Shown here: piece by piece, positions 1-11,353 of the stretch
Numbering within the stretch: the stretch's first letter is position 1
Layout: every line of letters starts with the position of its first letter
IMG/VR virus record: IMGVR_UViG_3300044267_003893
Location: 22,071-86,070 of that record
From: a virus
Lineage: Duplodnaviria; Caudoviricetes
Direction: 5' to 3' (one strand)
Length of the DNA: 64,000 nucleotides
Notes under the pieces: model-generated
Told to the model about the DNA's origin: nothing
The model's database searches: none
Seen by the model: the letters and a program-made list of their open reading frames with translations, nothing else
Made by a program: the position numbers and the translations under genes

Positions 1-3000
1 AGTCATTGTTTGACCCATAAAAATAACTTCTGTAGCATCACTCTGTTCACTAGTTATTATATTTTTTATTTGTATAGGTTCTATTATTATATCTTTATTT
101 GATGGAGTAACTTGTTGTAATCTTAAAAAATTAGCATCTAATTCATCATAAGCATTATCTATTGTTTCACTATCTAATGTACCATTAAACATTCTAGAAG
201 CTTGTTCTGGATTTAATACATTTCTTTTAGTCATTTTAGATGCAGTTTCAGGAACTAGTATCATAGGTTTTCCTGTTTTTCTTTCTTGTTCTTCCGCCAT
301 CATTCTCATATTGTAAAGAGCCATCTTGTTCATTTTAGGTTGACCTTTACGTGGACCATCTTGCCATGTATCTAACTCTGGACTTAATATAGTCATAGAC
401 ATTTTTAAATATACAGTACCATCTCCATATACAAACTTTTTAGCATTTATATATTCCTTATTTTGTTTATATCCTAAAGTATTTTTTCCAACTTGTCCAA
501 AAAATTCTTCTGCTGTAACTGGTTCATTGTTTTGAATTTTTCTTATCAATTCATATTGAGAACGTGTTAACTGACCCAATCCAAACCAAAAATGCTTAAA
601 GGCATTTACTGTATAATATACTTGACCATCAGTTCTATCACCATTTGAAACCCCTCCTTCTAAGTTATGAGTTTGTTTAGTAATAGGATCTTTAAAAGTT
701 ATGTATCCAAATTTTTGAACTTTTTCAATACCATATTCTTTAGCCCCAACTAATGATGCTGCACTTGCCCCACCAGCATTTTGCATTTTAGCTCTCTTCC
801 CTGCATCTACTGCATCTTTTAAAGACATAGATTGATTTCCTAAATAGAATTCATTTAGATCAGCTGTATTTAACCAATTGCTAAAAAATATTTGTTTCAT
901 GTTATGAGACTGATCATCTGTTTTAAGTTTCATTTTACCAAAAGATGATAGTGCTTGAGCTGCTACACCTTTATCAGTACCATATGCAAGTTTTCCTTGT
1001 AATAATTTTTCATCAAAACCTTTAATAGCATTTGTGTGTATCATTAAGTCTTCAAATCTATTGAATTGAGACATTAACGCTTCCATTATAAAATCACGTC
1101 CACTTCTACCTTTACTATCAGTATAAGAATCCATAGCTTCACTAAATGTTTTTGGTGATTTAGTGTTTCTTGCATTCTTTTCTAAATGTTTTTTTAACTG
1201 ATTATCAAATAATGGATCTTCATCTCTTTCTCTTTTTTGTCTATCTTCTTCTGCTTTAAGTTCTTCTAATGGTATAATTCTATATCTTTTCTTTGTTTTA
1301 TCTTTAGTATTAAACCAATTTGCTATAGTTTTTCTTCTTGCATATTTAGCACCATTATAATCAAATTTATGTACAAATCCAGAATCTTCATCATATTGGT
1401 TAGAATATTGAACACCTTCTCCAAGACCATCTAGTACTTCAGATAAATCAGAATTTTGAGCTTGTATATTTCCTTCATATCTTACATAATATTCTATACC
1501 ATCTATCTCAATTATAGTAGCATTATTTCTTGCATCTAATCCTTTTATAGATTTATCTTTTAAAAATATTTTTTGTTTTTTATTATTAATACCTTCAGTT
1601 AAAAACTTAATATCATCTTTACCTATTATTGATATTACTTGTTCTGGATCTACTGATACTTGTCTTTCTATTATTTTTTGTATAGATAATAAACCATCAA
1701 CTTCATAATTAAATTTATAAGCTCTACCTGTAGTAACATCACTCATGGTTTCTTCAACTGTCTCTATACTTGTTATATCAAAACCTTTTTTATCTCTTAT
1801 TACATTATAACCTTCTTCTAAATCATCCTCGTTTCTTTCACCATTTGCTAATCTATTGTAGTTATATTGTATTTCATTATATTTTCTTTCTATTCTTTTT
1901 AACCACTTATCTATATATTCATCTGTAAATTGAGTTTGACCTTCAGGTCCTAATGTTTTTTTAATAGCCTCAATCATAGGTACGTTTTGAAAATCTGAAA
2001 TATTTGATTCACTAAGAACTCTTATCAAAAGAGGGTTATAGGCCATTTCATTATTTGACGTATCTGTAGCTGGATCATAATATCTTAAAGTTTTTACTTT
2101 ACCTGTTAATTCATTAAAATGTAAACCATACATATTAAATAAAGATGCTGTAAATTCATTAAAAGTTAGATTACCAAATGATCTACCTGGTAGTGTATTT
2201 ACATCTAATGTTTTATCTTCTACTAACTTACCATCTTTTATTTTCATTGATGTATCTTTAAGACCTAATTGTCTTATAATACGTAATTTTCCTTGTAATG
2301 ATAATTGTTTAAATCTTTCATCATTAAATAAATTATTATTTTTTAAGCTTTCAAACCCCTTTCTATTTGCTAATCTTCTTAAACCTTCTTCAGAATTCAT
2401 TTCTTCAGCTATTTCTAAATGGTATGAGGGAACTTGATGTGCATATATATAGTTACCTTCTGAATCATATAGTACAGTTGATCCTACTGTTTCATCAAAT
2501 GCTGCATTACCTATTGCCCATTTTTGTAATCTGTAATAAACACCTTCTGCTTGACCTTCATCTTGTTGAGCTGCATTTGTTACTTTCTTTTGATCTGGAT
2601 CTGTGTTTTGAGAATTTTCATTATCTGCTTCATTATATAAGTTCTCACCTTTAGATAAAGATCTTATCAATGAATCTATATCTGAAAATTTTTGATCTGC
2701 TGATACTGATGCATTAATTGGAGGAACCCCTTCGTTTAACTCTACTAAATCTTTTGCATATTGATTATCTAATGCTCTTGCTATTGCAATACTATATTCT
2801 ATATATTGAGGTGCTAAATTTATACCAAGACGTATTCTAAAGAAATTAGAAAACTCTAAACCTAACTCTTGTAATGTTGCTTTATCTACAGGTGCATTAG
2901 AATTTAATATATTTTGAAACTCTTGTAATTTTTTAATTATTTTACTATTAGTTTTAACTGCTATATTATTTCCTGAACCAGTAAAAGTATCTCTTCTAAT

Positions 3001-6000
3001 CTCATCTAGTAAAGCATCAAATTCTTTTGACCATATTTGTAATTGCCACTCTTCATCAGTTTGTTTATTAGCTGATATTAAACTTACATTACCACTTTTT
3101 ACATCTCTTAGTGCCTGAATATATTCAACTCTAAATTGATAAAACGCTTTCATCACCAAATTAAAAAGTCTTGCATTATCTGCTTTTTTAAAAGTTGGTA
3201 CACTTCCTTGTCCATTGACCCATTTATCCATTTGTTTTAAACCATCAGGTCCAAAAAAGTGTTGTATAAATACATCAACTGCTGCTTTTGTTTGTTCATT
3301 ATATTCTGCAAACATCCACATTTTCTTTAAAGCTTTGAAACTATCTTTTTGACCAGATAAACCTTTTAGAAGTCCGTTAAACACTTTAATATAATCAGGA
3401 GAATATTTTACTTTATATTTTTTTCCATCATCTTTAGGATTTATAACTCTATTTTTAAATGTATCACCTTCTCTTGGTTCAACTGATGATGTTAAAATCA
3501 TAGATCTTAAAAGTTCATTTACATTTTTAAATTGTCCCTGTTGATTTCTTTTTTCATTAGCATCATATGAAGATTCTGAATCTTCGTTTTCAACAAGGTA
3601 ATCATCAGTATTTAAAAAGTTTTCAACTCTACTTCCAATAGCAACATAATCTTTAACACCATTAATGATAGCTGTTTTATCTTTTAATAATGCTTTATGT
3701 TTTTTCTTTATTATTTTCTTTTCAGATAAACTAAATTGTTTATAATAAGGATTAGAAACTCTACGCATTTCTATTACCATATCTACAGCTTTTTCTATAA
3801 GAGCATTTCTATCTTTAGAAGGTTGTTCTTTTGTAGGTTTAAAATCTTTATCTAGATCATAATAAAGTGCTGTGGTCATTTTAATTAATTGATCTGTTTC
3901 ATGATGTGTAAAAGGAATTAAAATTCTTCTTTTTCTAGTTATAAATTCACCAGGTCTTGTTACACTTTCTACTTGATATTCACGTGTTATAATATCTTGT
4001 TTTATTATTGAGTATACTGGAGTAGATATACCACCACTACTTTCTGCAACTGCTTTTGTAAATTTATTAAATCCTATTTCAGGAGTAGTGACATCTTTAA
4101 ATCTACCTGAATCTATATCTTTAAATAATCTATGCAGTTCAGTATCTAATTGTGACATTTCTATTTCTGCATCCGCAACAGATGTTTGGCTAAATATAGA
4201 TACTATCCAGTCTATAATCTTTTGGAAAAGACTTTTAATTTCAGGTTCTACTTTTGTTTCTTTCGGTTTTGTTTTAAACTCTTCAAACTTATCTGCTAAC
4301 CATTCTTCAGACATACGGTCTATTGCTTCTTTTCTACTCATCTTTAAATAAGTAGGACTTAACTTTCTAAAGTCTTCTATAGCCTCATCTATACTTTTAT
4401 TTTCAGATTTTAAATCTTTTAACAATCCTTCTTTACCAAGTTTTGTATATTTTTTAATTTCAGCATTAGTAAGTAATAGTCTAAATACAGCATGAAAAGC
4501 TTCATGATATCTAAAAGAAGTTTCTGGACTAGTATAAATTTGTCCTGCAAATTGTAATCTACTACCAATTGTTTTAAGGTTCATTAAAAATGCACCATGA
4601 GTGATACCTTGATTCTGAAGTCTATCTGCAAGAGTATCTATATCTGCCATAGTTATCCAAGATGGAAGATTATCTTTTAACCATTTTCTAAATGTATTAA
4701 TATCTTCTATGTCTCTTCCGTCAAACTCTTCTGTTATTTTAAATTGTGCATCAAGATCTTGTATTCTTTTCTCTAGTGCTTTAACTTGTGGATCATTTTC
4801 AGCAGCCTCCATTGCTTGTTCTTCTCTTAATCCTTCATCTGCTATATAATCTGGATTATTATCTCCATTTTCAAGTTGTTCCTTTCCATATAAATCTAGG
4901 AACTCATTATATTTTTCTTCATATATTTTTTCTGATTGTTCTTTAAGATTATCTATTTCATCTAAAGTAGTTTGATCAGTTGAAGCATCTGATGTATTAC
5001 TTGATTCATTATCTTTTATATTATCTCCTACTTGCTTTATAAGTTTTTCAACTTTATTTGCTACTACAGGATGTTCTAATATGTATCTTTTTCTATCAGC
5101 AACTTTATCATCTCCTTGTATTTCTCCGTTTTTTGCAAGCTCTTTTGCAATATCTTCTAATATATCATCATCTACAGTTTCATAACCATCATTAAATATT
5201 TTATTCCAATAATCATCATTATCTAAACTGTTTATAGAAGTATCTGTACCTTTGTTTATTGGTTTATTGCTTTCTTCTTCAGTTTTGTTTCTTTCAACTT
5301 CTTGAGTACTATTAAGTATAATATTTACTTTAGCAACATCTGTAGATTGTAAAGTTGCTTGAACATTATTTCTTACTTGAGTTGTAATTACAGCTTCAGT
5401 TTTTTTATTTATAAAATCAAATGAATTATTTGCAGCTGAAATATTTGTAGGTAAAGATTCTCTAAAACTTATATTATCTCCAGATATTTGAATTGAAATT
5501 TTTGCATGAGTATTGTCTGCTACATGTGGTTGCTTATCTGAGACTTCTTTATTTATATCTTTGTTTATTATTCTAATTAAATCTTGAACACCTGTTTCAT
5601 TTTGTAATATAGTATTTACATAATTATATTTATAATTTTTTTGTACTACCCAAGGTTTTGTTTGACCTTTTGCAAGATATTTTGAATTAATATATGCAAC
5701 TTCTAAATCTCCATATGCATTAATAGAAAAATTAATATGTTGACCAGGTTTACCTGAAATAAAAAGATCATGTCTTAACTTATCATTTTCTAATGATGTA
5801 TAACTATAATCTTTTACTTTTCTTTCTCCGTTTACAACTTCAACATTTTCATCTTCTGTAATTTTCATTCTATCTCTTAACTTATGAATAAGAGCTGTTA
5901 TTTGTTCAAAAGTTTTTTGAGCAGGTTTTAATTGAATAGCAGTATATTCTCCGTTATCCCCAAGACCAGGTGAGTATACAAAATAAACATATCTACCAGA

Positions 6001-9000
6001 CTTAGTTGTATCATAACCTTGTCTTGTCATAGAATCAGCAATTTTAGCATTTATGTCTGCAAAATTTCTTCTATCTTGTTTTGATGTTACAGGTAGGTTT
6101 GTTATTTTATTAGATTCAATTGGATCTCCACCTTTATCTATTATTATTTGTTGATCCCAAATAATATAATAAGGTTCTTCTTCTCTGTTTTTTCCTGATG
6201 TATCTATAGTTCTTGTTCCTTCTCCAAGAGTAAATTTATTATCTGCTAATTCTTTAATTTTTGATTGACCAGGTACAGATGTTGTTTTTACTTTACCTGT
6301 ACTAGCATCAACTTCTCTTTGAACTTCTCTAAAAGCTGGTGAATCACTTGTAACATCAAAAACTATTTTATGTTCATTTCTTAATTTCTTTAAACTTATT
6401 ACAGCACTACCTGTATTAGATTGTTCTAATAACTTACCAAATACTTCTTCCATTGCAAATGCCATTGCATAATTTCTTTGTATTTGTTTATTAATATTTT
6501 TATTATGTGCTATATCTCCTTTTCTAAATAATTGTTGAGCTTGTTCATAAGTTATTGTAAGAGGATCTATTTTATTACCTTTTTTATCTACTAGGGTAAC
6601 ATCTTGTGGACTAGCAAGAACTAATAATTGTGTACCATCTTTTGTTCCTATTGTAACAAAATATTTAGAAGCACCTTTTCTTAATTGTGGATTTATTGGA
6701 TATTTATTTATACCTGGTAATTTAGCTCTATCTTTAGGTTCTACAGCCATGATATCATCAAACTCATCACCTTTTTGAATTGTAATTACTAATTCATCTT
6801 TTTGATCTGGACTTAATAGTTGTAATTTTTTATTTATATTATTTCTTAAAGTTGCTTGTTCATTTTCTTTTGTTATTGAATCTCTACTATCTGTTTCACC
6901 AGGTCTTGATTTATAATCATATGGATAAAGTTTTAAAGGTTCAATTATTTGTAACTTAGTAACTTGACTACTTTTAACTTCAACCTCTTGATCTGTAGCT
7001 CTTTTCCAACCTTCATTTTCAAATTGTCCTGAATCTATTACCTGACTTTTTCCTGTATCTATACTTTTAACATGTAATCTTCCACTACTGTCTACAGTTC
7101 TACTTTTTGATTCTACTGTATATCTATTACCTTTATTATCTTCTACAATTTCTCCAGTTATAAATTTTTCTTTCCCCTCTTTCCCTTCTTTTACGTTATA
7201 GAAGAATTCATTTTGTAAAGGCTTATTATTTTTAATCCAATTAGCAGCATTAAATGCTTTATCTTTAGCAACCTTTGGATCTGCATCTGTATATATTTCT
7301 GATAAGTTATCTACAGCACCTTTTAAACCTCCATATACAAAGAAGGCATTTTTATTATCTGGTATTGTTCTTATAATATAATGTACTCTACTTTGATTAT
7401 TTTCTTCATTATATGTTGTCTTTTCAATAATCTTAATGCCTGTATTATAATATTGATCACCTGTTTCAACTAATTTTTCATCACTCTTTAAACCTTTTTT
7501 TACTTGTTCTACTTCTGGAATTTCATCTAATACATTTTCAACAAGAATTTCTTCAGCTACTAATCCTCTTTTATTTAGTTCATTAGTAAAGAATTGTTCA
7601 GCTTGATTAGCTGTAAGCCATTCATCAAAACTTTTCTTTCTCTTCTTAGTAAGATTTTCAAATGTGTATCTTGCATGTAAATGATATCTAGCTTTTAAAA
7701 TTTGTGCTCCACCTTTAGCTGCAATAACCCATGAACTATAATCAAGAGGTTTATTATTTTCATCAAGAAGATCAGTTTTACCTAATTCATTTACTGCATA
7801 AGTATAATTATTATATAATTTCTTAAGAATTCTATTTGTACTTGTATCTGAATTTGAAAATTCTATAAGCTTAGATGAAGTAACAGTTAATGGATTAACA
7901 TCTTTTGCAACAGTTTGATTAGAGTCTTCTTCTGTATCTATTGCATTATACTGTTCTTCTTCTTTTATAGCATCAGCTGCATCAAGATCTCCCAAATCTA
8001 CATCTTCTGCTACAACTTCTGAATCTTTAGATTCTTCTTCCTTAACTTTTTCTTCTGCTTGTTTTTGTTTTGCATAATTACGCAATACTGTTTGTACAGT
8101 TTTATATGTTTCAGGATTATCTAAAGCAGTTATTTCATTTATTTTATTTTCATCACTAAACCAGTTAGCAGGTAAAGCCCCTGTTTTAATAAATAATTGT
8201 GCGTCATCAACATCAGTGTAAATACCTTTTCTAGCCAATTCAGATATAATTTTACCACGCTCTTGTTGATCCATAAATTTAGTCAACTTTTGACGTTGTA
8301 CATTTTTCTTTTTATGATGTTTCCAAATTTTATTAATTGCAACTGCAGATCTATCAGCAATATCATTTAATATAGTTGGATTATCTAAAATTCTAGAAGC
8401 TTGATAATAATCTGCTGTTCTTCCTTTTAAAGCTGTGTGATCCATAATCATTTCAAAAGCTTCATTTATTGAATCATTATCTGCAATTTGACCACCAGTA
8501 GTTTTAGCAATATGATTTAAATATTTAATAAATACTTTTTTAATTCTTTCTTTTCCAGCTTTTGTTAATCTTCTGCTATATTCAACAACATCCTCTTCTA
8601 CTATACTTCCATCTTCTTTTTTTACTTTTTGTTTTTTTGTACCAGATTTTTCATAGTTTTTATTTTCAAGAAATGTATCTCTATATTCTTTAAGAATTTT
8701 TAATTTTTCTTTTTTGTTTTTATGTTGTTCTTTTAATTCTTTAGAAGCAGTTTTAACAGGAGCAACAGCAACTTCATCAGTTAATATATCTATTTCTTTT
8801 TGTAAACCTTTTGCAGATTTAAATCCTTCTTCAGTTGACATTCCAACTAATGCTGCAATATCATTAGCAGCCATAGTAGTTACAGCAGGATTAGCTGAAA
8901 TTTTATCTAATATTGATTCCATTCTTTCAACACCTCTTTCATAAGTGTCTTTAGTAAATAGAAACATCATTTTAGCATGTTCAAATGCCATCCATCTTAT

Positions 9001-11346
9001 TTGCTCTTGAGCATGTAAATTAGTGCCTTCTTCATATTGTTCATAATCAAATGGATTTACATATTTATCATTAAACTTAATATAGTTCTCTTGCACTTGA
9101 TCTATCTTCTTTATCATCTTTTCAAATCTCTTTCTTATCTCTGCTGGTTTAGAATCTGAATTTTCAAATGCGTTTGCTAGATCTACATCATTCATATTTA
9201 CAAAAGCCTGTAAATGAGCTTTAAAATCACCAGCCTTATTATGCCTAAGCATTGTATAGATATGACTAAATATTGCTTGATCTTTATAATCTTTAAAGCT
9301 CATTACATCATTATTATATGATGCCAATAATGCTAATTGATTATATTGTCTTTGGTTTAGTGCATCTAATTTATTAATATCAAGCATGTCTATTGGATTG
9401 TTCCACATCTCATCATACATCTCAATTACATTTTTAACATAATCTTTTTTTCTTTGAGCATATTCATCATATGATTTACGGTCTGTAGTATATCTATATA
9501 GATTAGGCATATGTTCAAACATCATTGTTTGAAATGGTTGAACTAAACCACCCATTAAAAAACCTGACATAAAAGTTTCAAAACTAACAGCTTCTGATTG
9601 CATACCTGCTCTTAAAGATTCCATCCAACTAGCATCAGCATTTTTTACTCTATCTTCTAATTCTGCACTATTCATATTCATAGAGTCTGATAATACATCA
9701 TCAAGTAAATTATCATAGTAATCTCCTACACCAGCACTAACCGCTTCTTGTGCTAATTCTTGAAAACCTTCTGCTATATTTGCTTTACTGTATGCTACAG
9801 CTGCAACTCCTAATCCTGTTAAACCACCTTTTAATCCTTCTTTGTAAATTCTTTTTAAACTTGTACCTGCATCTACAAAAGCTTTTTCTCCTGCTTTTGC
9901 TACACCTGCCTTTCCAGTTCTCATTATTCTTCTACCAAGACCTGCCTGACCTTCTTGAAGTAATCTTCCTAAAGGTTTGAATCCTCTTAATGCTGTATCA
10001 AGTACAAACTTATTACTTAAAAATATTATAGGAAAGTTAGCTAATGCTGTTTTCATTCCTGCACTTTTAGATGCATTTTGTAGTATAGCCCATTGTTCAT
10101 CAGTTGGAGATTTTCCACCATTATCTCTTACAATTTTCATGTAATTATGCTCATTAGTCTCTAACTCTCTTAAAGCTCCTTCTAATCTAGATTCAGCCCA
10201 TGCAACATTAAACATTCTTAAATCTCTATAAAATCCTCCAAATGTTTGATTTACCTTAGCTAAGTTTGTTAAATTTTTTGCAGTATTTTTTGTAGAATTA
10301 ACAGTTTGTATTGCTCTTGTTGTTTCAGGAGCAAGTTGTCTTACCATCCAATCAGCAGCTTTTCCTGGTTGTGTACCTTTTGCATAAGTATAAAAATCTT
10401 TAGCTTTATCTACAGCACCCACATGTCTCATTAGATCCATTGAATAATTACCAACAGTTTGTCCTGCACCTCGTATCATATCAACACCATCAAAAAAATG
10501 TTTAAATCTTCCTGCGTTTCTTGTGGCTGCCATAGCTGGTAATGCGTATCCTCCCATAAATGCTAATGCAGCTTCTTCTACAAACATACTACCTACTATA
10601 CCAAATGTATATGCACTATTTAAATAAAGGTCATTCATAAATCCTGTAACACCACCTCTAGTTGAAGAAGCAATTCTCATAGCATCTCTCATTGCTTCTC
10701 CTCCTTCATAATCCATTTTAAAAGGATCTCCATGAAGAGTATTTCTTAAAGTTCTCCAACCACTAGTAAATGCTGGTTTAAACATACTAACAAAAGCACT
10801 ACTAGTTCTACTTAAATCATCCCATGCTGTAGAGTTTTGATTATAGTAAGTTTCATTGTCAACAAAAGGATGGAAACCTAAATCATTAAATGAACTATGA
10901 TTCAAATACCTATCAGCATTCATTTGCTTCTTACCAAAAATTATAGGATTTTTCCAAGCACCTGAATGAGGTGTATCATTACCTATATTAGCAATTTGTT
11001 GACCAGATCTTCCAAGAAAATCTCTTCTACCTTGTTTAGTTGTTAAATCAAATTGACCTGTTTGATCTGCAAAAGGATTTCTATTATTACTTACATTTCC
11101 AGGATATGGGGAACTAAATCTAGTTGGATAAAGAGGTGAAGTTTTATTTATAGAAGCTGCTTGATTATCCATGAACTTTATTGTGTCCATGTTGAGTTTA
11201 CTATCAGGATTATAAGAAACTGTTGCTTCTCTTAAAGAATCTACAATATCATTATGATCTTTTGAAGAATATTCAATTGGTGATATATCAACTCCTTTAT
11301 CTAGAGGTAAGTTATTTCCAGTATTTGTATTTGTATTTTCTGCCAT
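1..11346 (-). CDS. Giant virion protein (>3782 aa, 3' partial): internal/ejection-type N-terminus, zincin-like metallopeptidase domain, probable start of the crAss-like virion RNA polymerase
   Basis: ATG at 11344-11346 (MAENTNTNTGNNLPLDKG...), 7 nt after the upstream stop. The frame was read as open to position 1 (...IITSEQSDATEVIFMGQTMT), and the track lists no minus-strand ORF here, consistent with run-off. HEAFH at 4492-4506 plus a downstream EEWLAD at 4291-4308. Size, position after the cargo genes and zincin fusion match crAss-like virion RNAP polyproteins. The catalytic Asp triad was not seen in the window. Confidence 0.8.
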   Translation of the reverse strand, partial: MAENTNTNTGNNLPLDKGVDISPIEYSSKDHNDIVDSLREATVSYNPDSKLNMDTIKFMDNQAASINKTSPLYPTRFSSPYPGNVSNNRNPFADQTGQFDLTTKQGRRDFLGRSGQQIANIGNDTPHSGAWKNPIIFGKKQMNADRYLNHSSFNDLGFHPFVDNETYYNQNSTAWDDLSRTSSAFVSMFKPAFTSGWRTLRNTLHGDPFKMDYEGGEAMRDAMRIASSTRGGVTGFMNDLYLNSAYTFGIVGSMFVEEAALAFMGGYALPAMAATRNAGRFKHFFDGVDMIRGAGQTVGNYSMDLMRHVGAVDKAKDFYTYAKGTQPGKAADWMVRQLAPETTRAIQTVNSTKNTAKNLTNLAKVNQTFGGFYRDLRMFNVAWAESRLEGALRELETNEHNYMKIVRDNGGKSPTDEQWAILQNASKSAGMKTALANFPIIFLSNKFVLDTALRGFKPLGRLLQEGQAGLGRRIMRTGKAGVAKAGEKAFVDAGTSLKRIYKEGLKGGLTGLGVAAVAYSKANIAEGFQELAQEAVSAGVGDYYDNLLDDVLSDSMNMNSAELEDRVKNADASWMESLRAGMQSEAVSFETFMSGFLMGGLVQPFQTMMFEHMPNLYRYTTDRKSYDEYAQRKKDYVKNVIEMYDEMWNNPIDMLDINKLDALNQRQYNQLALLASYNNDVMSFKDYKDQAIFSHIYTMLRHNKAGDFKAHLQAFVNMNDVDLANAFENSDSKPAEIRKRFEKMIKKIDQVQENYIKFNDKYVNPFDYEQYEEGTNLHAQEQIRWMAFEHAKMMFLFTKDTYERGVERMESILDKISANPAVTTMAANDIAALVGMSTEEGFKSAKGLQKEIDILTDEVAVAPVKTASKELKEQHKNKKEKLKILKEYRDTFLENKNYEKSGTKKQKVKKEDGSIVEEDVVEYSRRLTKAGKERIKKVFIKYLNHIAKTTGGQIADNDSINEAFEMIMDHTALKGRTADYYQASRILDNPTILNDIADRSAVAINKIWKHHKKKNVQRQKLTKFMDQQERGKIISELARKGIYTDVDDAQLFIKTGALPANWFSDENKINEITALDNPETYKTVQTVLRNYAKQKQAEEKVKEEESKDSEVVAEDVDLGDLDAADAIKEEEQYNAIDTEEDSNQTVAKDVNPLTVTSSKLIEFSNSDTSTNRILKKLYNNYTYAVNELGKTDLLDENNKPLDYSSWVIAAKGGAQILKARYHLHARYTFENLTKKRKKSFDEWLTANQAEQFFTNELNKRGLVAEEILVENVLDEIPEVEQVKKGLKSDEKLVETGDQYYNTGIKIIEKTTYNEENNQSRVHYIIRTIPDNKNAFFVYGGLKGAVDNLSEIYTDADPKVAKDKAFNAANWIKNNKPLQNEFFYNVKEGKEGKEKFITGEIVEDNKGNRYTVESKSRTVDSSGRLHVKSIDTGKSQVIDSGQFENEGWKRATDQEVEVKSSQVTKLQIIEPLKLYPYDYKSRPGETDSRDSITKENEQATLRNNINKKLQLLSPDQKDELVITIQKGDEFDDIMAVEPKDRAKLPGINKYPINPQLRKGASKYFVTIGTKDGTQLLVLASPQDVTLVDKKGNKIDPLTITYEQAQQLFRKGDIAHNKNINKQIQRNYAMAFAMEEVFGKLLEQSNTGSAVISLKKLRNEHKIVFDVTSDSPAFREVQREVDASTGKVKTTSVPGQSKIKELADNKFTLGEGTRTIDTSGKNREEEPYYIIWDQQIIIDKGGDPIESNKITNLPVTSKQDRRNFADINAKIADSMTRQGYDTTKSGRYVYFVYSPGLGDNGEYTAIQLKPAQKTFEQITALIHKLRDRMKITEDENVEVVNGERKVKDYSYTSLENDKLRHDLFISGKPGQHINFSINAYGDLEVAYINSKYLAKGQTKPWVVQKNYKYNYVNTILQNETGVQDLIRIINKDINKEVSDKQPHVADNTHAKISIQISGDNISFRESLPTNISAANNSFDFINKKTEAVITTQVRNNVQATLQSTDVAKVNIILNSTQEVERNKTEEESNKPINKGTDTSINSLDNDDYWNKIFNDGYETVDDDILEDIAKELAKNGEIQGDDKVADRKRYILEHPVVANKVEKLIKQVGDNIKDNESSNTSDASTDQTTLDEIDNLKEQSEKIYEEKYNEFLDLYGKEQLENGDNNPDYIADEGLREEQAMEAAENDPQVKALEKRIQDLDAQFKITEEFDGRDIEDINTFRKWLKDNLPSWITMADIDTLADRLQNQGITHGAFLMNLKTIGSRLQFAGQIYTSPETSFRYHEAFHAVFRLLLTNAEIKKYTKLGKEGLLKDLKSENKSIDEAIEDFRKLSPTYLKMSRKEAIDRMSEEWLADKFEEFKTKPKETKVEPEIKSLFQKIIDWIVSIFSQTSVADAEIEMSQLDTELHRLFKDIDSGRFKDVTTPEIGFNKFTKAVAESSGGISTPVYSIIKQDIITREYQVESVTRPGEFITRKRRILIPFTHHETDQLIKMTTALYYDLDKDFKPTKEQPSKDRNALIEKAVDMVIEMRRVSNPYYKQFSLSEKKIIKKKHKALLKDKTAIINGVKDYVAIGSRVENFLNTDDYLVENEDSESSYDANEKRNQQGQFKNVNELLRSMILTSSVEPREGDTFKNRVINPKDDGKKYKVKYSPDYIKVFNGLLKGLSGQKDSFKALKKMWMFAEYNEQTKAAVDVFIQHFFGPDGLKQMDKWVNGQGSVPTFKKADNARLFNLVMKAFYQFRVEYIQALRDVKSGNVSLISANKQTDEEWQLQIWSKEFDALLDEIRRDTFTGSGNNIAVKTNSKIIKKLQEFQNILNSNAPVDKATLQELGLEFSNFFRIRLGINLAPQYIEYSIAIARALDNQYAKDLVELNEGVPPINASVSADQKFSDIDSLIRSLSKGENLYNEADNENSQNTDPDQKKVTNAAQQDEGQAEGVYYRLQKWAIGNAAFDETVGSTVLYDSEGNYIYAHQVPSYHLEIAEEMNSEEGLRRLANRKGFESLKNNNLFNDERFKQLSLQGKLRIIRQLGLKDTSMKIKDGKLVEDKTLDVNTLPGRSFGNLTFNEFTASLFNMYGLHFNELTGKVKTLRYYDPATDTSNNEMAYNPLLIRVLSESNISDFQNVPMIEAIKKTLGPEGQTQFTDEYIDKWLKRIERKYNEIQYNYNRLANGERNEDDLEEGYNVIRDKKGFDITSIETVEETMSDVTTGRAYKFNYEVDGLLSIQKIIERQVSVDPEQVISIIGKDDIKFLTEGINNKKQKIFLKDKSIKGLDARNNATIIEIDGIEYYVRYEGNIQAQNSDLSEVLDGLGEGVQYSNQYDEDSGFVHKFDYNGAKYARRKTIANWFNTKDKTKKRYRIIPLEELKAEEDRQKRERDEDPLFDNQLKKHLEKNARNTKSPKTFSEAMDSYTDSKGRSGRDFIMEALMSQFNRFEDLMIHTNAIKGFDEKLLQGKLAYGTDKGVAAQALSSFGKMKLKTDDQSHNMKQIFFSNWLNTADLNEFYLGNQSMSLKDAVDAGKRAKMQNAGGASAASLVGAKEYGIEKVQKFGYITFKDPITKQTHNLEGGVSNGDRTDGQVYYTVNAFKHFWFGLGQLTRSQYELIRKIQNNEPVTAEEFFGQVGKNTLGYKQNKEYINAKKFVYGDGTVYLKMSMTILSPELDTWQDGPRKGQPKMNKMALYNMRMMAEEQERKTGKPMILVPETASKMTKRNVLNPEQASRMFNGTLDSETIDNAYDELDANFLRLQQVTPSNKDIIIEPIQIKNIITSEQSDATEVIFMGQTMT

Positions 11347-11353
11347 TGGTTCA

